A DNA stretch of 64,000 bases from an uncultured Spirochaetota bacterium. Lineage in GTDB: Bacteria; Spirochaetota; B62-G9; DRHN01. Below the pieces are notes generated by a model. The model searched no databases, was not told the DNA's origin, and was given only the letters and a program-made list of their open reading frames with translations. Below, piece by piece: positions 47,834 through 56,675 of this stretch. The DNA is taken from NCBI GenBank assembly GCA_964433545.1, contig CAYSRJ010000015.1, forward strand, positions 18 through 64,017. Direction: 5' to 3'. Positions within the stretch are counted from its first letter, which is position 1, and every line of letters starts with the position of its first letter. A program made the position numbers and the translations under genes.

Positions 47834-48937
47834 ATGGCGGAGATTATTCTTGAAAACCTTATAAAAAGATTTGGTGATCTCATTGCAGTAAAAAATCTGA
47901 ATCTTGATATCAGGAATAAGGAATTCCTGGTGCTGCTCGGCCCCTCGGGCTGCGGCAAGACAACAACTCTTCGCTGTATCTCGGGTCTTGAATCTGCTGA
48001 CGAAGGAAGGATTTTAATTGATGGTGAAGATGTGACAAGGAAGCGAGCCTCTCAAAGAGATATAGCATTTGTTTTTCAGCTTTATGCACTATATCCGATT
48101 TTGACGGTGTATGAGAATATAGCCTTTCCACTCAAAGCTCAGAAGTATGAAAAGCAGAAAATTAAGGAAGAGGTCGGTAAGGTTGCAGAAATACTGAAGA
48201 TTAAACATATTTTGAAAAAGAAGCCAAAGGAGCTTTCGGGCGGTGATATGCAGAAAGTTGCGCTCGGCCGTGCAATGGTAAGACGCCCGAAGGCATTTCT
48301 CCTTGATGAACCGATTGGAACTCTGGATGCAAAATTCAGAGAGGAGATGAGGGGTGAGCTGAAGAAGCTTCACATCGATATCGGGGCGACGACAGTTTAT
48401 GTTACCCATGACCAGGTCGAGGCGATGTCAATGGGCGATCGCATTGCAATTATGAATCAGGGCGTTATCCAGCAGCTGGGTTCCCCTCACGAAGTGTATA
48501 ACAAACCGGACAATATATTTGTTGCAAATTTTATAGGAAGCCCGGGTATGAACTTTATAAACTGTATTCCGAAGCGAAAAGATGGGCGGGTCGCATTTAA
48601 GATGACGGAAGATGATATCTATATTGAATTACCGGATCAGGTTCAGAGGAGAGTATCAGAAAATGTGAAAGATAAAATCGAGCTGGTGCTGGGAATACGG
48701 CCGGAGGATGTAGACCTGAGCATGAAAAGAGAAGAAGGGCTTCTCGAAGCAGAGGTTTATGTGAATGAAGAGACAGGGGCATACAACATCATCGATGTGA
48801 GTCTGGGCAGTACCGTGATTAAAGTTCGTACTCTGCCGACCATACAACCAAATATTGGTGATACTGCGTATCTATCATTTGATATTGATCGAATGAGCAT
48901 TTTTAATAAGCAATCTGGAAATGCAATAAGGGCATAA
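47834..48937 (+). CDS. CUT1 ABC ATPase 1
   Basis: GPSGCGKTT, LSGGDMQK, LLDEP, YVTHDQ. Confidence 0.94.
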   Translation: MAEIILENLIKRFGDLIAVKNLNLDIRNKEFLVLLGPSGCGKTTTLRCISGLESADEGRILIDGEDVTRKRASQRDIAFVFQLYALYPILTVYENIAFPLKAQKYEKQKIKEEVGKVAEILKIKHILKKKPKELSGGDMQKVALGRAMVRRPKAFLLDEPIGTLDAKFREEMRGELKKLHIDIGATTVYVTHDQVEAMSMGDRIAIMNQGVIQQLGSPHEVYNKPDNIFVANFIGSPGMNFINCIPKRKDGRVAFKMTEDDIYIELPDQVQRRVSENVKDKIELVLGIRPEDVDLSMKREEGLLEAEVYVNEETGAYNIIDVSLGSTVIKVRTLPTIQPNIGDTAYLSFDIDRMSIFNKQSGNAIRA

Positions 48938-48963
48938 ATTTGATGAGTTGGGAGAAGGGGTAA

Positions 48964-50049
48964 ATGGCTGACGTTAAGTTAGTATCACTGACTAAATCAT
49001 TCGGTGAAATTACTGCTGTTGGTGACATGAACCTTGAAATAAAAGATCGGGAATTTTTTGTTCTTCTTGGACCTACGGGTGCCGGTAAAACCACAACCTT
49101 GCGACTGGTGGCCGGCCTTGAAAAGCAGGATGAAGGTGAGGTAATTATCGCCAATCAAAACGTTGATAATTACAGTCCTGCTTTACGAGATGTTGCATTT
49201 GTATTTCAGTACTACACACTCTACCCGCATTATACTGTGCTGCAGAACCTGGAATTCCCTCTGAAATCCAGGCTGAGAAGATATCCACAGGAAGAAATCG
49301 ATAAAAAGGTAGCCGAGGTTTCACAGGTTCTTCATATTGGTCATCTTCTGAATAGACAAACGGTCAATCTAAGCGGCGGTGAAATGCAGCGTGTTGCTCT
49401 TGGAAGGGCAATGGTAAGAAATCCGAAGGTCTTTCTCATGGATGAGCCTCTGTCAAACCTCGATGCAAAGCTCCGTGAAGAGATGAGGAGGGAGCTTTTA
49501 AGGCTTCATTTTGATCTCGGAGCCACGTTTTTTTACGTTACTCATGATCAGGTAGAGGCGATGACCATGGGAGACCGTGTGGCTGTGCTGAACGAAGGAA
49601 AAATACTTCAGTTAGGAACTCCCGATGAAATTTACAATTCACCGAAGAATGTTTTTGTTGCAAAGTTTGTCGGGAGCCCGGCGATTAATTTATTCGATTC
49701 CACAGTGATTAAGGAGAGCCTGGTCATAGGAAAAAAGGAGATGATTTGTACTCTGCTCCAGAAACAAACACAGAAGTTGAAAAATTATGATCGTCTCATC
49801 CTGGGAATTCGACCGGAAGATATTGGTATATCGCGTGAACAGAAGAAGATTAATTCATATAAATGCAAGGTATATTTCAATCAAAGTATGGGTGCAGAGG
49901 ACATACTGAACCTTAAAGCAGACAGTATAATGTTCAGGGCTATAGCTCCACCGCGGCTTAATATTACTGTCGGCGAGACGGTATATGCGAACATCAATAT
50001 TGAGAGGGCTCATTTATTCAACCCGGATACCCAAGAGTGCCTCGGATGA
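48964..50049 (+). CDS. CUT1 ABC ATPase 2
   Basis: GPTGAGKTT, LSGGEMQR, LMDEPLSNLDAK, YVTHDQ. Confidence 0.94.
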   Translation: MADVKLVSLTKSFGEITAVGDMNLEIKDREFFVLLGPTGAGKTTTLRLVAGLEKQDEGEVIIANQNVDNYSPALRDVAFVFQYYTLYPHYTVLQNLEFPLKSRLRRYPQEEIDKKVAEVSQVLHIGHLLNRQTVNLSGGEMQRVALGRAMVRNPKVFLMDEPLSNLDAKLREEMRRELLRLHFDLGATFFYVTHDQVEAMTMGDRVAVLNEGKILQLGTPDEIYNSPKNVFVAKFVGSPAINLFDSTVIKESLVIGKKEMICTLLQKQTQKLKNYDRLILGIRPEDIGISREQKKINSYKCKVYFNQSMGAEDILNLKADSIMFRAIAPPRLNITVGETVYANINIERAHLFNPDTQECLG

Positions 50050-50213
50050 GGAAACTACACAGAATATCATCCATGCTATTTCTGCAAAGGTTGAATGCAG
50101 TTGAAACAATATTTCCTCGATTAAACGGATTTATTGTTACCTTTCATGATCTCACGATTTTCATTTGTTTACAAACAGAAAGTTAAGGATTTCAGGAACG
50201 GAGGAACAAAAAA

Positions 50214-51320
50214 ATGGCAGACAAGGTGAAAGTCGCTGTGGTTGGTCTTGGATTTGGGGCCGAGTTTGTCCCCCTTTATCAGAAACACCCCGATGCAGAA
50301 TGTTATGCTATCTGCCAGCGAAATGAAGAGAACCTCAATAAGATCGGCAATCAGTTCGGTGTTGAAAGGAGATTCACAAAATTTGAGGATCTTCTAAAAA
50401 TCGACGAGATCGATGCCATACATATTGTTACTCCCCCTGCAGAACATGCCCGAATGGCCGTCCTATCGCTGAATGCGGGAAAACACGCGGCATGTACGGT
50501 ACCTTTGGGGCTTGCAAAAGAGGAGTGTATTGAGGTTGTAAAGGCCAGGAGGAAGTCTGGCAGGGTATACATGATGATGGAAACTGCCGTGTATACGCGG
50601 GAGTTTTTGTATGCAAGAGAGCTTGTGGACACCGGAAAGCTCGGTAAGATCCAGTTTCTGCGAGGCTCGCATCAGCAGAACATGAGCCTTCCCGGCTGGC
50701 CTGACTACTGGTACGGCTTTCCTCCCATGCATTATGCCACCCACGCACTGAGCCCGCTTCTTGCTATTTCCGGCGCAGCAGTGGAATCGGTGGTCTGTCA
50801 GGGATCAGGGACGATAAGGGAGGAGTATGCTGAAAAATACAATTCTCCCTTTGCTATCGAGACTGCTCTTTTAGCTCTCAGGAATTCAGACCTGTCCTGT
50901 GAGGTGACGAGGTCGCTCTTCGACACGATCCGCCAGTACAGGGAGAGCTTTGATGTATATGGGACGAAACTCTCATTTGAGTGGGAGCAGATAGCTGGTG
51001 AGGGTCCGGTAGTTTACTCTGGTTACGAGGACGCGGAGCGTGTCGAAATACCCGATTACGGGCATCGTTTACCCAGAGAAATTGCACCGTATACGATACA
51101 CGGAGTGTATGATGAAGAGCATGAGCATACCTCCTTTGTGCAGGGCGCGGGGCATGGCGGCTCTCATCCGCATCTTGCACATGAATTTATTCGAGCGATT
51201 ATTGAAAAGAGGGAATCCTATGTAGATGCTGAAAGAGCAGCCAACTGGACAATGGCCGGAATATGTGCGCATGAGTCTGCTTTGAAAGGCGGTGAGCGTG
51301 TAGAAATACCGGTGCCATGA
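50214..51320 (+). CDS. Gfo/Idh/MocA family oxidoreductase
   Basis: VAVVGLGFG Rossmann fold, DAIHIVTP...H...L.AGKH, PPMHYATH. Confidence 0.9.
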   Translation: MADKVKVAVVGLGFGAEFVPLYQKHPDAECYAICQRNEENLNKIGNQFGVERRFTKFEDLLKIDEIDAIHIVTPPAEHARMAVLSLNAGKHAACTVPLGLAKEECIEVVKARRKSGRVYMMMETAVYTREFLYARELVDTGKLGKIQFLRGSHQQNMSLPGWPDYWYGFPPMHYATHALSPLLAISGAAVESVVCQGSGTIREEYAEKYNSPFAIETALLALRNSDLSCEVTRSLFDTIRQYRESFDVYGTKLSFEWEQIAGEGPVVYSGYEDAERVEIPDYGHRLPREIAPYTIHGVYDEEHEHTSFVQGAGHGGSHPHLAHEFIRAIIEKRESYVDAERAANWTMAGICAHESALKGGERVEIPVP

Positions 51321-51354
51321 TGAAAAAATTCAACATATACTACAGGAGTGCGTC

Positions 51355-52203
51355 ATGAAATTTGGAATCAATACATTTCTTTTTGCCTCACCCTTTACCA
51401 CCCGGGACAGCAGGTACGTTGAAACATTCAAAGAAATGGGATTCGATGGAGTGGAGATAGCTCTTGAGAATAAGGGCGACATCGATTATAAGGAAATGTC
51501 AGGGATATTAAAGGCGAATGACATGGAGTGCTGCTCGATTTGCGGTGCCTTCGGGCGGGGACGTGACCTCCGTGGAAGTGAGGAGGAGCAGAGAGGTTCA
51601 AAGCAGTACATTATCGATTGCATTGACGCCTGCACAGCACTGGAGTGTGATCTTTTTATCGGCCCCATATACTCGATGGTTGGCAGAGCGCAGATGGAGG
51701 ATGAGGGCGCTCGGAAGAGGCAGTGGGAGCTTGCGGTAAAGAATCTCAGTGAGGTGGCCGCCTATGCGGAGAAAAGCGGTGTATACCTTGCAGTTGAGCC
51801 GCTGAACAGGTTTGAGACAGATTTCATTAATCTATGTGCTGATGCCAGAAGATTGATAGAAGATGTTTCAAGCCCCATGCTCAGGATACATCTTGATACT
51901 TTCCACATGAACATCGAGGAAAAAAGCCTTCCTGCTGCAATTATCAATGCTGGTGAGTATCTCTATCATGTACATGCATCTGAAAATGACAGAGGGGCGC
52001 CGGGCACCGGGACTATCGACTGGAAAGGTGTAAAGGAGGCGCTTAAGATAACAGGGTATAACCGCTATCTTGTGATCGAATCCTTCACCCCGGATGTCGA
52101 GATTATCGCACGAGCGGCATCGATCTGGAGAACCACAGAAAAGGGCAATCGCGAGCTTGCAAAAAAAGGATTGAATTTCCTGAAGGCGCTTTTTGCTGAA
52201 TAG
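51355..52203 (+). CDS. D-psicose/D-tagatose/L-ribulose 3-epimerase family protein
   Basis: AVEPLNRFE, LDTFHMNIEE, HVHASENDRGAPGTG, VIESF (E/D/H/E metal site). Confidence 0.88.
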   Translation: MKFGINTFLFASPFTTRDSRYVETFKEMGFDGVEIALENKGDIDYKEMSGILKANDMECCSICGAFGRGRDLRGSEEEQRGSKQYIIDCIDACTALECDLFIGPIYSMVGRAQMEDEGARKRQWELAVKNLSEVAAYAEKSGVYLAVEPLNRFETDFINLCADARRLIEDVSSPMLRIHLDTFHMNIEEKSLPAAIINAGEYLYHVHASENDRGAPGTGTIDWKGVKEALKITGYNRYLVIESFTPDVEIIARAASIWRTTEKGNRELAKKGLNFLKALFAE

Positions 52204-52340
52204 AGATTTATCCTGTTAAAAAATGGGACGGCTGTTGATCTATCAGAGTTAATCTATTAAAGTTGATCTATCAAACAAGCAGCAAATTATTTCATACAGT
52301 GAGGAAAAGTCAAATAGACAAAATGGTGAGGGAGGAGCAT

Positions 52341-53252
52341 ATGAGCGTTAAATTATCAATAGGAACATGGGCGTATACCTTCGGCAAGTACGCCGAAAAC
52401 CCGATATCGATGGAAGAAACGGCCCGGCGGTTAGGCGAGCTCGGCTTCGACGGTGTTGCATTAGGGGGGTTCAAACCACACGGGCATTACGAACTGTATC
52501 CGACGAAGGAAGACAGGAAGGAGCTCGTCGATCTCTTTGCATCACACGGGCTGAAGATAAACAGCTATGCGGCTGATCTGTGGTCGTTTCCATTTGCGGA
52601 CGGAAACACAAAGATGGCGAAAAATTTCGAGGAGGCTTTCGACCGCAGCCTGGAGATGTGCGTCGACTGCGGAATACCGGTTATCAGGTTCGATACGGTG
52701 ATGGAAACGCCGTATCCGGCGGATTTCGATTACGACAGGGCATGGAATATTGTCGTTTCGATGTTCAAGAAGATAACAGAAAAAGCGAAGAAGGCGGGCG
52801 TTCTTGCGACATGGGAGTTCGAACCGGGCTACATATTCAACAAGCCGTCTGAAATAGTGAAGATGGTGAAGGCAGTTGAAAGCGACAATTTCAAGCTCCT
52901 CACAGACACCTGCCACGTGCAGATGTGCGCGGTCGTTGGTGCCCACCAGTGGGGCGAAAAGGAAACACTGCCAGGCGGCCAGCTCGAGTTCTTCAGGATG
53001 GTAAAGGGCATGATAGGCGACGTGCATATCATCGATTCGGACAACCAGCTTCACGACAACCATACATCGGTGCACGCACCGTTCGGTACAGGGGTTATAA
53101 ACTTCGAGGAGGTTTTGCCCGCAATCGTCGACGCAGGATATACGTCCGAATGGTGGACAATCGATCTCTGTTTCTGGGACAATGCGTGGGAGATCACCGA
53201 AGATTCTAAGAAGTACCTGGACGGGGTATTTGGTACGCTCGGGTGGGAGTAG
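52341..53252 (+). CDS. Sugar phosphate isomerase/epimerase (xylose-isomerase-like TIM barrel, AP_endonuc_2)
   Basis: WEFEP, LTDTCH, VHIIDSD, H.PFGTG.INF. ATG52341 follows GGAGGAG. Confidence 0.85.
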   Translation: MSVKLSIGTWAYTFGKYAENPISMEETARRLGELGFDGVALGGFKPHGHYELYPTKEDRKELVDLFASHGLKINSYAADLWSFPFADGNTKMAKNFEEAFDRSLEMCVDCGIPVIRFDTVMETPYPADFDYDRAWNIVVSMFKKITEKAKKAGVLATWEFEPGYIFNKPSEIVKMVKAVESDNFKLLTDTCHVQMCAVVGAHQWGEKETLPGGQLEFFRMVKGMIGDVHIIDSDNQLHDNHTSVHAPFGTGVINFEEVLPAIVDAGYTSEWWTIDLCFWDNAWEITEDSKKYLDGVFGTLGWE

Positions 53253-53433
53253 GGGTTCCGGTTTTGGTTATTAGGCCAGCCTGCCACCCGTCAGCTATCA
53301 TTCGGCCGTTGAATGTCGGGTGAACAGCGGACGCATGTAGGCAACAGGTTTTCCTGCATCACTGCAGATCCGCGAAACCCGTTTCACTGATAAGAAACTA
53401 TGGTTAATTTTACTATAATGCGGAGGAATTGAC

Positions 53434-54510
53434 ATGAAGGGAAAGATGAAGGCTATGGTGTTCTATGAACCTGAAAAGATGAAGCTCGAGGAGATAGATA
53501 TTCCGCAGATCGGTCCGGATGAGGTGCTCATTAAAATAAAGGCCTGCGGGATATGCGGGTCGGATATCGCCTACTACTGGGGATTGAGCTCGCTTGAAAC
53601 GTCAAACGGCAAAGGCCCGCTCGTGTTAGGGCACGAGATGTCCGGTGAAATCGTCGAGATAGGTGAAATCCCGGAGCAGTTAGGGCTATTCAAGGTAGGA
53701 GACCGTGTGGCAGTCGATCCGGTACAGTACTGCAATGCGTGCGAGGTGTGCAAGAAGGGGCAGGTAAACCTCTGCGAAAACAAGACGGTGTTAGGTGTAT
53801 CGGTCAACGGGGCGTTTGCCGAGTACATGAAATCGAAGTACACGAGCCTCTTCAAGCTCCCCGAAAACGTGAGCTTCGAGCAGGGCGCGTTCAGTGAACC
53901 TCTCGCCGATGCCATGTACGCGGTGCGGAATCTGGAAGTAACGCTCGGCGATTTCTGCGTGGTGATCGGCCCGGGGCCGATCGGGCTTGCCGAGGCGCAG
54001 CTCATTAAGTCTTCCGGTGCGGGAACCCTCGTCGTAGCCGGTACACGCGACTACCGGCTTGAGATTGCTAAAAAGAACGGCGCGGACTACGTGTTCAATA
54101 CGAGAGATTCCTCCTCCAGATACTATGAACCCGATATCGTTAAAAAGGTCTCCGATCTCACCGGCGGGAAGATGGCGGACCGGGTGCTCGTTGCAACCGG
54201 CAACCCGAAGGTGATGGACCTCCCCTTTCCGCTTTCCGGCAGACGATCGGTGATTGTCTTCTTCGGACTTCCCGGCGACAAGGACGTGATAAAGGTGCCG
54301 GCAACTCAGACGATATTCTGGGACAAACGGATCAAGTTCTCCTGGCTGGCGCCGCTCACCTGGCCCAAAGCGATAAATGCAATCGCCACAGGACTCATCG
54401 ATGTCGATTCCCTGGTTACCCACCGTTACAGGCTTGAGGATCTCATACAGGGGCTCGAGGACGTAAAGGCGAGGGTGGGAAACCCTCTGAAGGCCCTGGT
54501 AATACTCTGA
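53434..54510 (+). CDS. Zn-dependent polyol dehydrogenase (sorbitol/L-iditol dehydrogenase-like)
   Basis: CGICGSD, GHE, CNACEVC...NLC, GPGPIG. Confidence 0.92.
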   Translation: MKGKMKAMVFYEPEKMKLEEIDIPQIGPDEVLIKIKACGICGSDIAYYWGLSSLETSNGKGPLVLGHEMSGEIVEIGEIPEQLGLFKVGDRVAVDPVQYCNACEVCKKGQVNLCENKTVLGVSVNGAFAEYMKSKYTSLFKLPENVSFEQGAFSEPLADAMYAVRNLEVTLGDFCVVIGPGPIGLAEAQLIKSSGAGTLVVAGTRDYRLEIAKKNGADYVFNTRDSSSRYYEPDIVKKVSDLTGGKMADRVLVATGNPKVMDLPFPLSGRRSVIVFFGLPGDKDVIKVPATQTIFWDKRIKFSWLAPLTWPKAINAIATGLIDVDSLVTHRYRLEDLIQGLEDVKARVGNPLKALVIL

Positions 54511-54622
54511 GAACGCAGGTAATACGCTGAAGCCTCCTGTGATACATTGGAAGCTGCCAGCGATGTTCCGGGGCCAATACCCAGGAGCCGCCTGTGATAC
54601 ATTGAAGCCGCGAGCGATGTCC
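54498..54622. repeat. Duplicated dehydrogenase 3' end plus a pair of ~37-bp direct repeats
   Basis: ggtaatactctga (54498-54510) / ggtaatacgctga (54518-54530); gcctcctgtgatacattggaagctgccagcgatgttcc (54532-54569) / gccgcctgtgatacattgaagccgcgagcgatgtcc (54587-54622). Confidence 0.75.
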
Positions 54623-54689
54623 TTAGACCGTCTTTGATTCGCCATATAACTTGAAATATGCGATACGATAAACTGATTGAGAACAAAAA

Positions 54690-54995
54690 ATGAATAAGGT
54701 TTCACAAAAGGACGCTCTGTTCAGGCTGAAAGATATGGTGCTCGAATCATTGAAAAATCAAAACGTTGGTGTCGTGTTGTTCGGGTCCAGGGCGAGGGGT
54801 GACAGCAGGTTTTATTCTGATGTCGACATAGGGATTATTCCGCACGGTGCATTCGACAAAACCAGGATAACGATGCTCCGGGAAAAAATTGAGGAATCGA
54901 CAATCCCGTATAAGGTGGAGATCGTCAACCTGGAAGAAGCATCCGAGGACTTTAAAAAGGAAATCCTGAAGGGTGCAGTTGTATGGAAAGATTGA
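54690..54995 (+). CDS. mntA: Minimal nucleotidyltransferase (MNT) antitoxin
   Basis: LFGSRARGD...SDVDIG (GSx10DxD); overlaps the downstream HEPN gene. Confidence 0.88.
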   Translation: MNKVSQKDALFRLKDMVLESLKNQNVGVVLFGSRARGDSRFYSDVDIGIIPHGAFDKTRITMLREKIEESTIPYKVEIVNLEEASEDFKKEILKGAVVWKD

Positions 54996-55375
54996 AGTTG
55001 AGGCACGATGAATTTAAAAGAGCTGTACAAACACTCAGGGACATTCTGAATGAAAATTTCTCGATTATTGTGCGTGATGCAACGATCCAGCGGTTTGAAT
55101 ACACCTTTGAAACATTCTGGAAATATATCCGGGAGTATTTGAGAGAAAAAGAAGGAATTGCCTGCAATTCACCAAAGGGCTGTTTTCGTGAATTATTTTC
55201 TGCAGGTTTGTCAATAATAGATGAAGAGCAGACAAACAAGCTCCTTGAAATGGTTGATGACAGAAATATGACCTCTCACACGTATAAAGAGGAGGTAGCG
55301 CGGATCCTGTATCAAAAGATTGGAGAATACTGTTCGCTGATGGAAAAGGTTTTGTCAAAGTTCGAAAACATGTAA
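54983..55375 (+). CDS. hepT: HEPN-domain toxin (HI0074-like)
   Basis: RDATIQRFEYTFE, SPKGCFRE, RNMTSHTY (Rx4H plus Tyr). Confidence 0.88.
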   Translation: MERLKLRHDEFKRAVQTLRDILNENFSIIVRDATIQRFEYTFETFWKYIREYLREKEGIACNSPKGCFRELFSAGLSIIDEEQTNKLLEMVDDRNMTSHTYKEEVARILYQKIGEYCSLMEKVLSKFENM

Positions 55376-55479
55376 GGAGTTTTCACTTTACATATCTCTA
55401 TCGGAGATTCATATATGTTTCAAACAATGGTCTTCCTGGAAGGTCTTGGTAAAGGTTATGATCATTTTCCCATTGTTAT

Positions 55480-55944
55480 TTGCTTTACATGTATAATATG
55501 AAATATTTATACCTGGAGTCTATCAAGAGAAAATACATCTACCTTGTGCTCAGCATACTGTTTGGTTCCCTCCTTTTTTTTATAAGTGTTTTGCCCCATT
55601 CCGTGATCGAGGAGACCCCCTACCCCCAGATCTCAGACATTTTCGACGCTTCCATGCATTTTCTGGGTTTCTGCCTGTTCGATTTTTTTCTCCTTTCGTT
55701 TGTTCTTGCGCCATATATTCGGCCAAACGCATCTCGGGTTGACTCTACGTGTGACTCGACCGGAGTTAAAAAATATATGATGATCTATTTCTGTATCGGT
55801 GTGTTGTGGGGCCTTTTGTGCGAAGGCTCCCAGCTTTTTATCCCATCCAGGAGCTTCCAATTAATCGATATACTCGCAAACACACTGCCGTCACTGCTCA
55901 TCTATATGGTCGGTAGAAAACTACTGTTGAAACGCAACATGTGA
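55480..55944 (+). CDS. VanZ family membrane protein
   Basis: HFLGF, CEGSQLFIPSRSFQLIDILAN. Confidence 0.78.
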   Translation: MLYMYNMKYLYLESIKRKYIYLVLSILFGSLLFFISVLPHSVIEETPYPQISDIFDASMHFLGFCLFDFFLLSFVLAPYIRPNASRVDSTCDSTGVKKYMMIYFCIGVLWGLLCEGSQLFIPSRSFQLIDILANTLPSLLIYMVGRKLLLKRNM

Positions 55945-56130
55945 TCCAGGACCTTTATTGAGGCTGTACAATACGCGGATGAAGATACTGTCGTTGAAAA
56001 CAGCCGTTTCCCGATATAACGATTAAGTATACGAGCAATTCTTATTTTATTATACTTAATGAAATTCCTCAAAAACTTTTCGTGAAAAAAAATGATATTG
56101 ATTTACATATACCAGAAGGGAGTTTAAATA

Positions 56131-56340
56131 ATGAAAGAGATAATATTTATTGTCGAAGAAGATCCGGAAGGAGGGTATACTGCACAGGCCCTTGGATATT
56201 CTATTTTTACAGAAGGTGAAAAACTGGAGGAACTTAAAAAAAATATTAAAGACGCTTTAAAATGTCATTTTGAAACAGAGGAGCTTCCTCTTTTTATCCG
56301 CTTACATATAATCAAAGAGGAAAAATTTGCATATGCATAG
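56131..56340 (+). CDS. hicB: HicB-like antitoxin (short, no DNA-binding domain)
   Basis: EEDPEGGYTA...IFTEGEKLEELKKNIKDALKCHF (partial RNase H fold). Confidence 0.8.
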   Translation: MKEIIFIVEEDPEGGYTAQALGYSIFTEGEKLEELKKNIKDALKCHFETEELPLFIRLHIIKEEKFAYA

Positions 56341-56584
56341 AATACCAAGGGATATGTCTGTTAAAAAGCTGGTAAAACTCCTTCGAAGGTATGGATATGA
56401 AATTAAAAGGGAAACGGGGAGCCATATAAGGCTTGAATCCAATCTTGATAGTAAAAAACATAGAATTACAATACCTGATCATAGCCCAATAAAAATTGGC
56501 ACTTTAAATAATATTTTGAATGATATAGCAGAACATTTCAAAATCAGTAAAGAAAAGCTTGTGAGCGAATTGTTTAAGAAATGA
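56327..56584 (+). CDS. hicA: HicA-family mRNA interferase toxin
   Basis: LVKLLRRYGYEIKRETGSHIRL...TIPDH..IKIGTL..IL. Confidence 0.88.
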   Translation: MHMHRIPRDMSVKKLVKLLRRYGYEIKRETGSHIRLESNLDSKKHRITIPDHSPIKIGTLNNILNDIAEHFKISKEKLVSELFKK

Positions 56585-56675
56585 TGAAAATCTTGAAATG
56601 AATGCAAGATTAATAGGTTAAGAAGAAATAATTAATCTTATTCTTGACCAGAAGAAATGGTGATATACGAACAAA

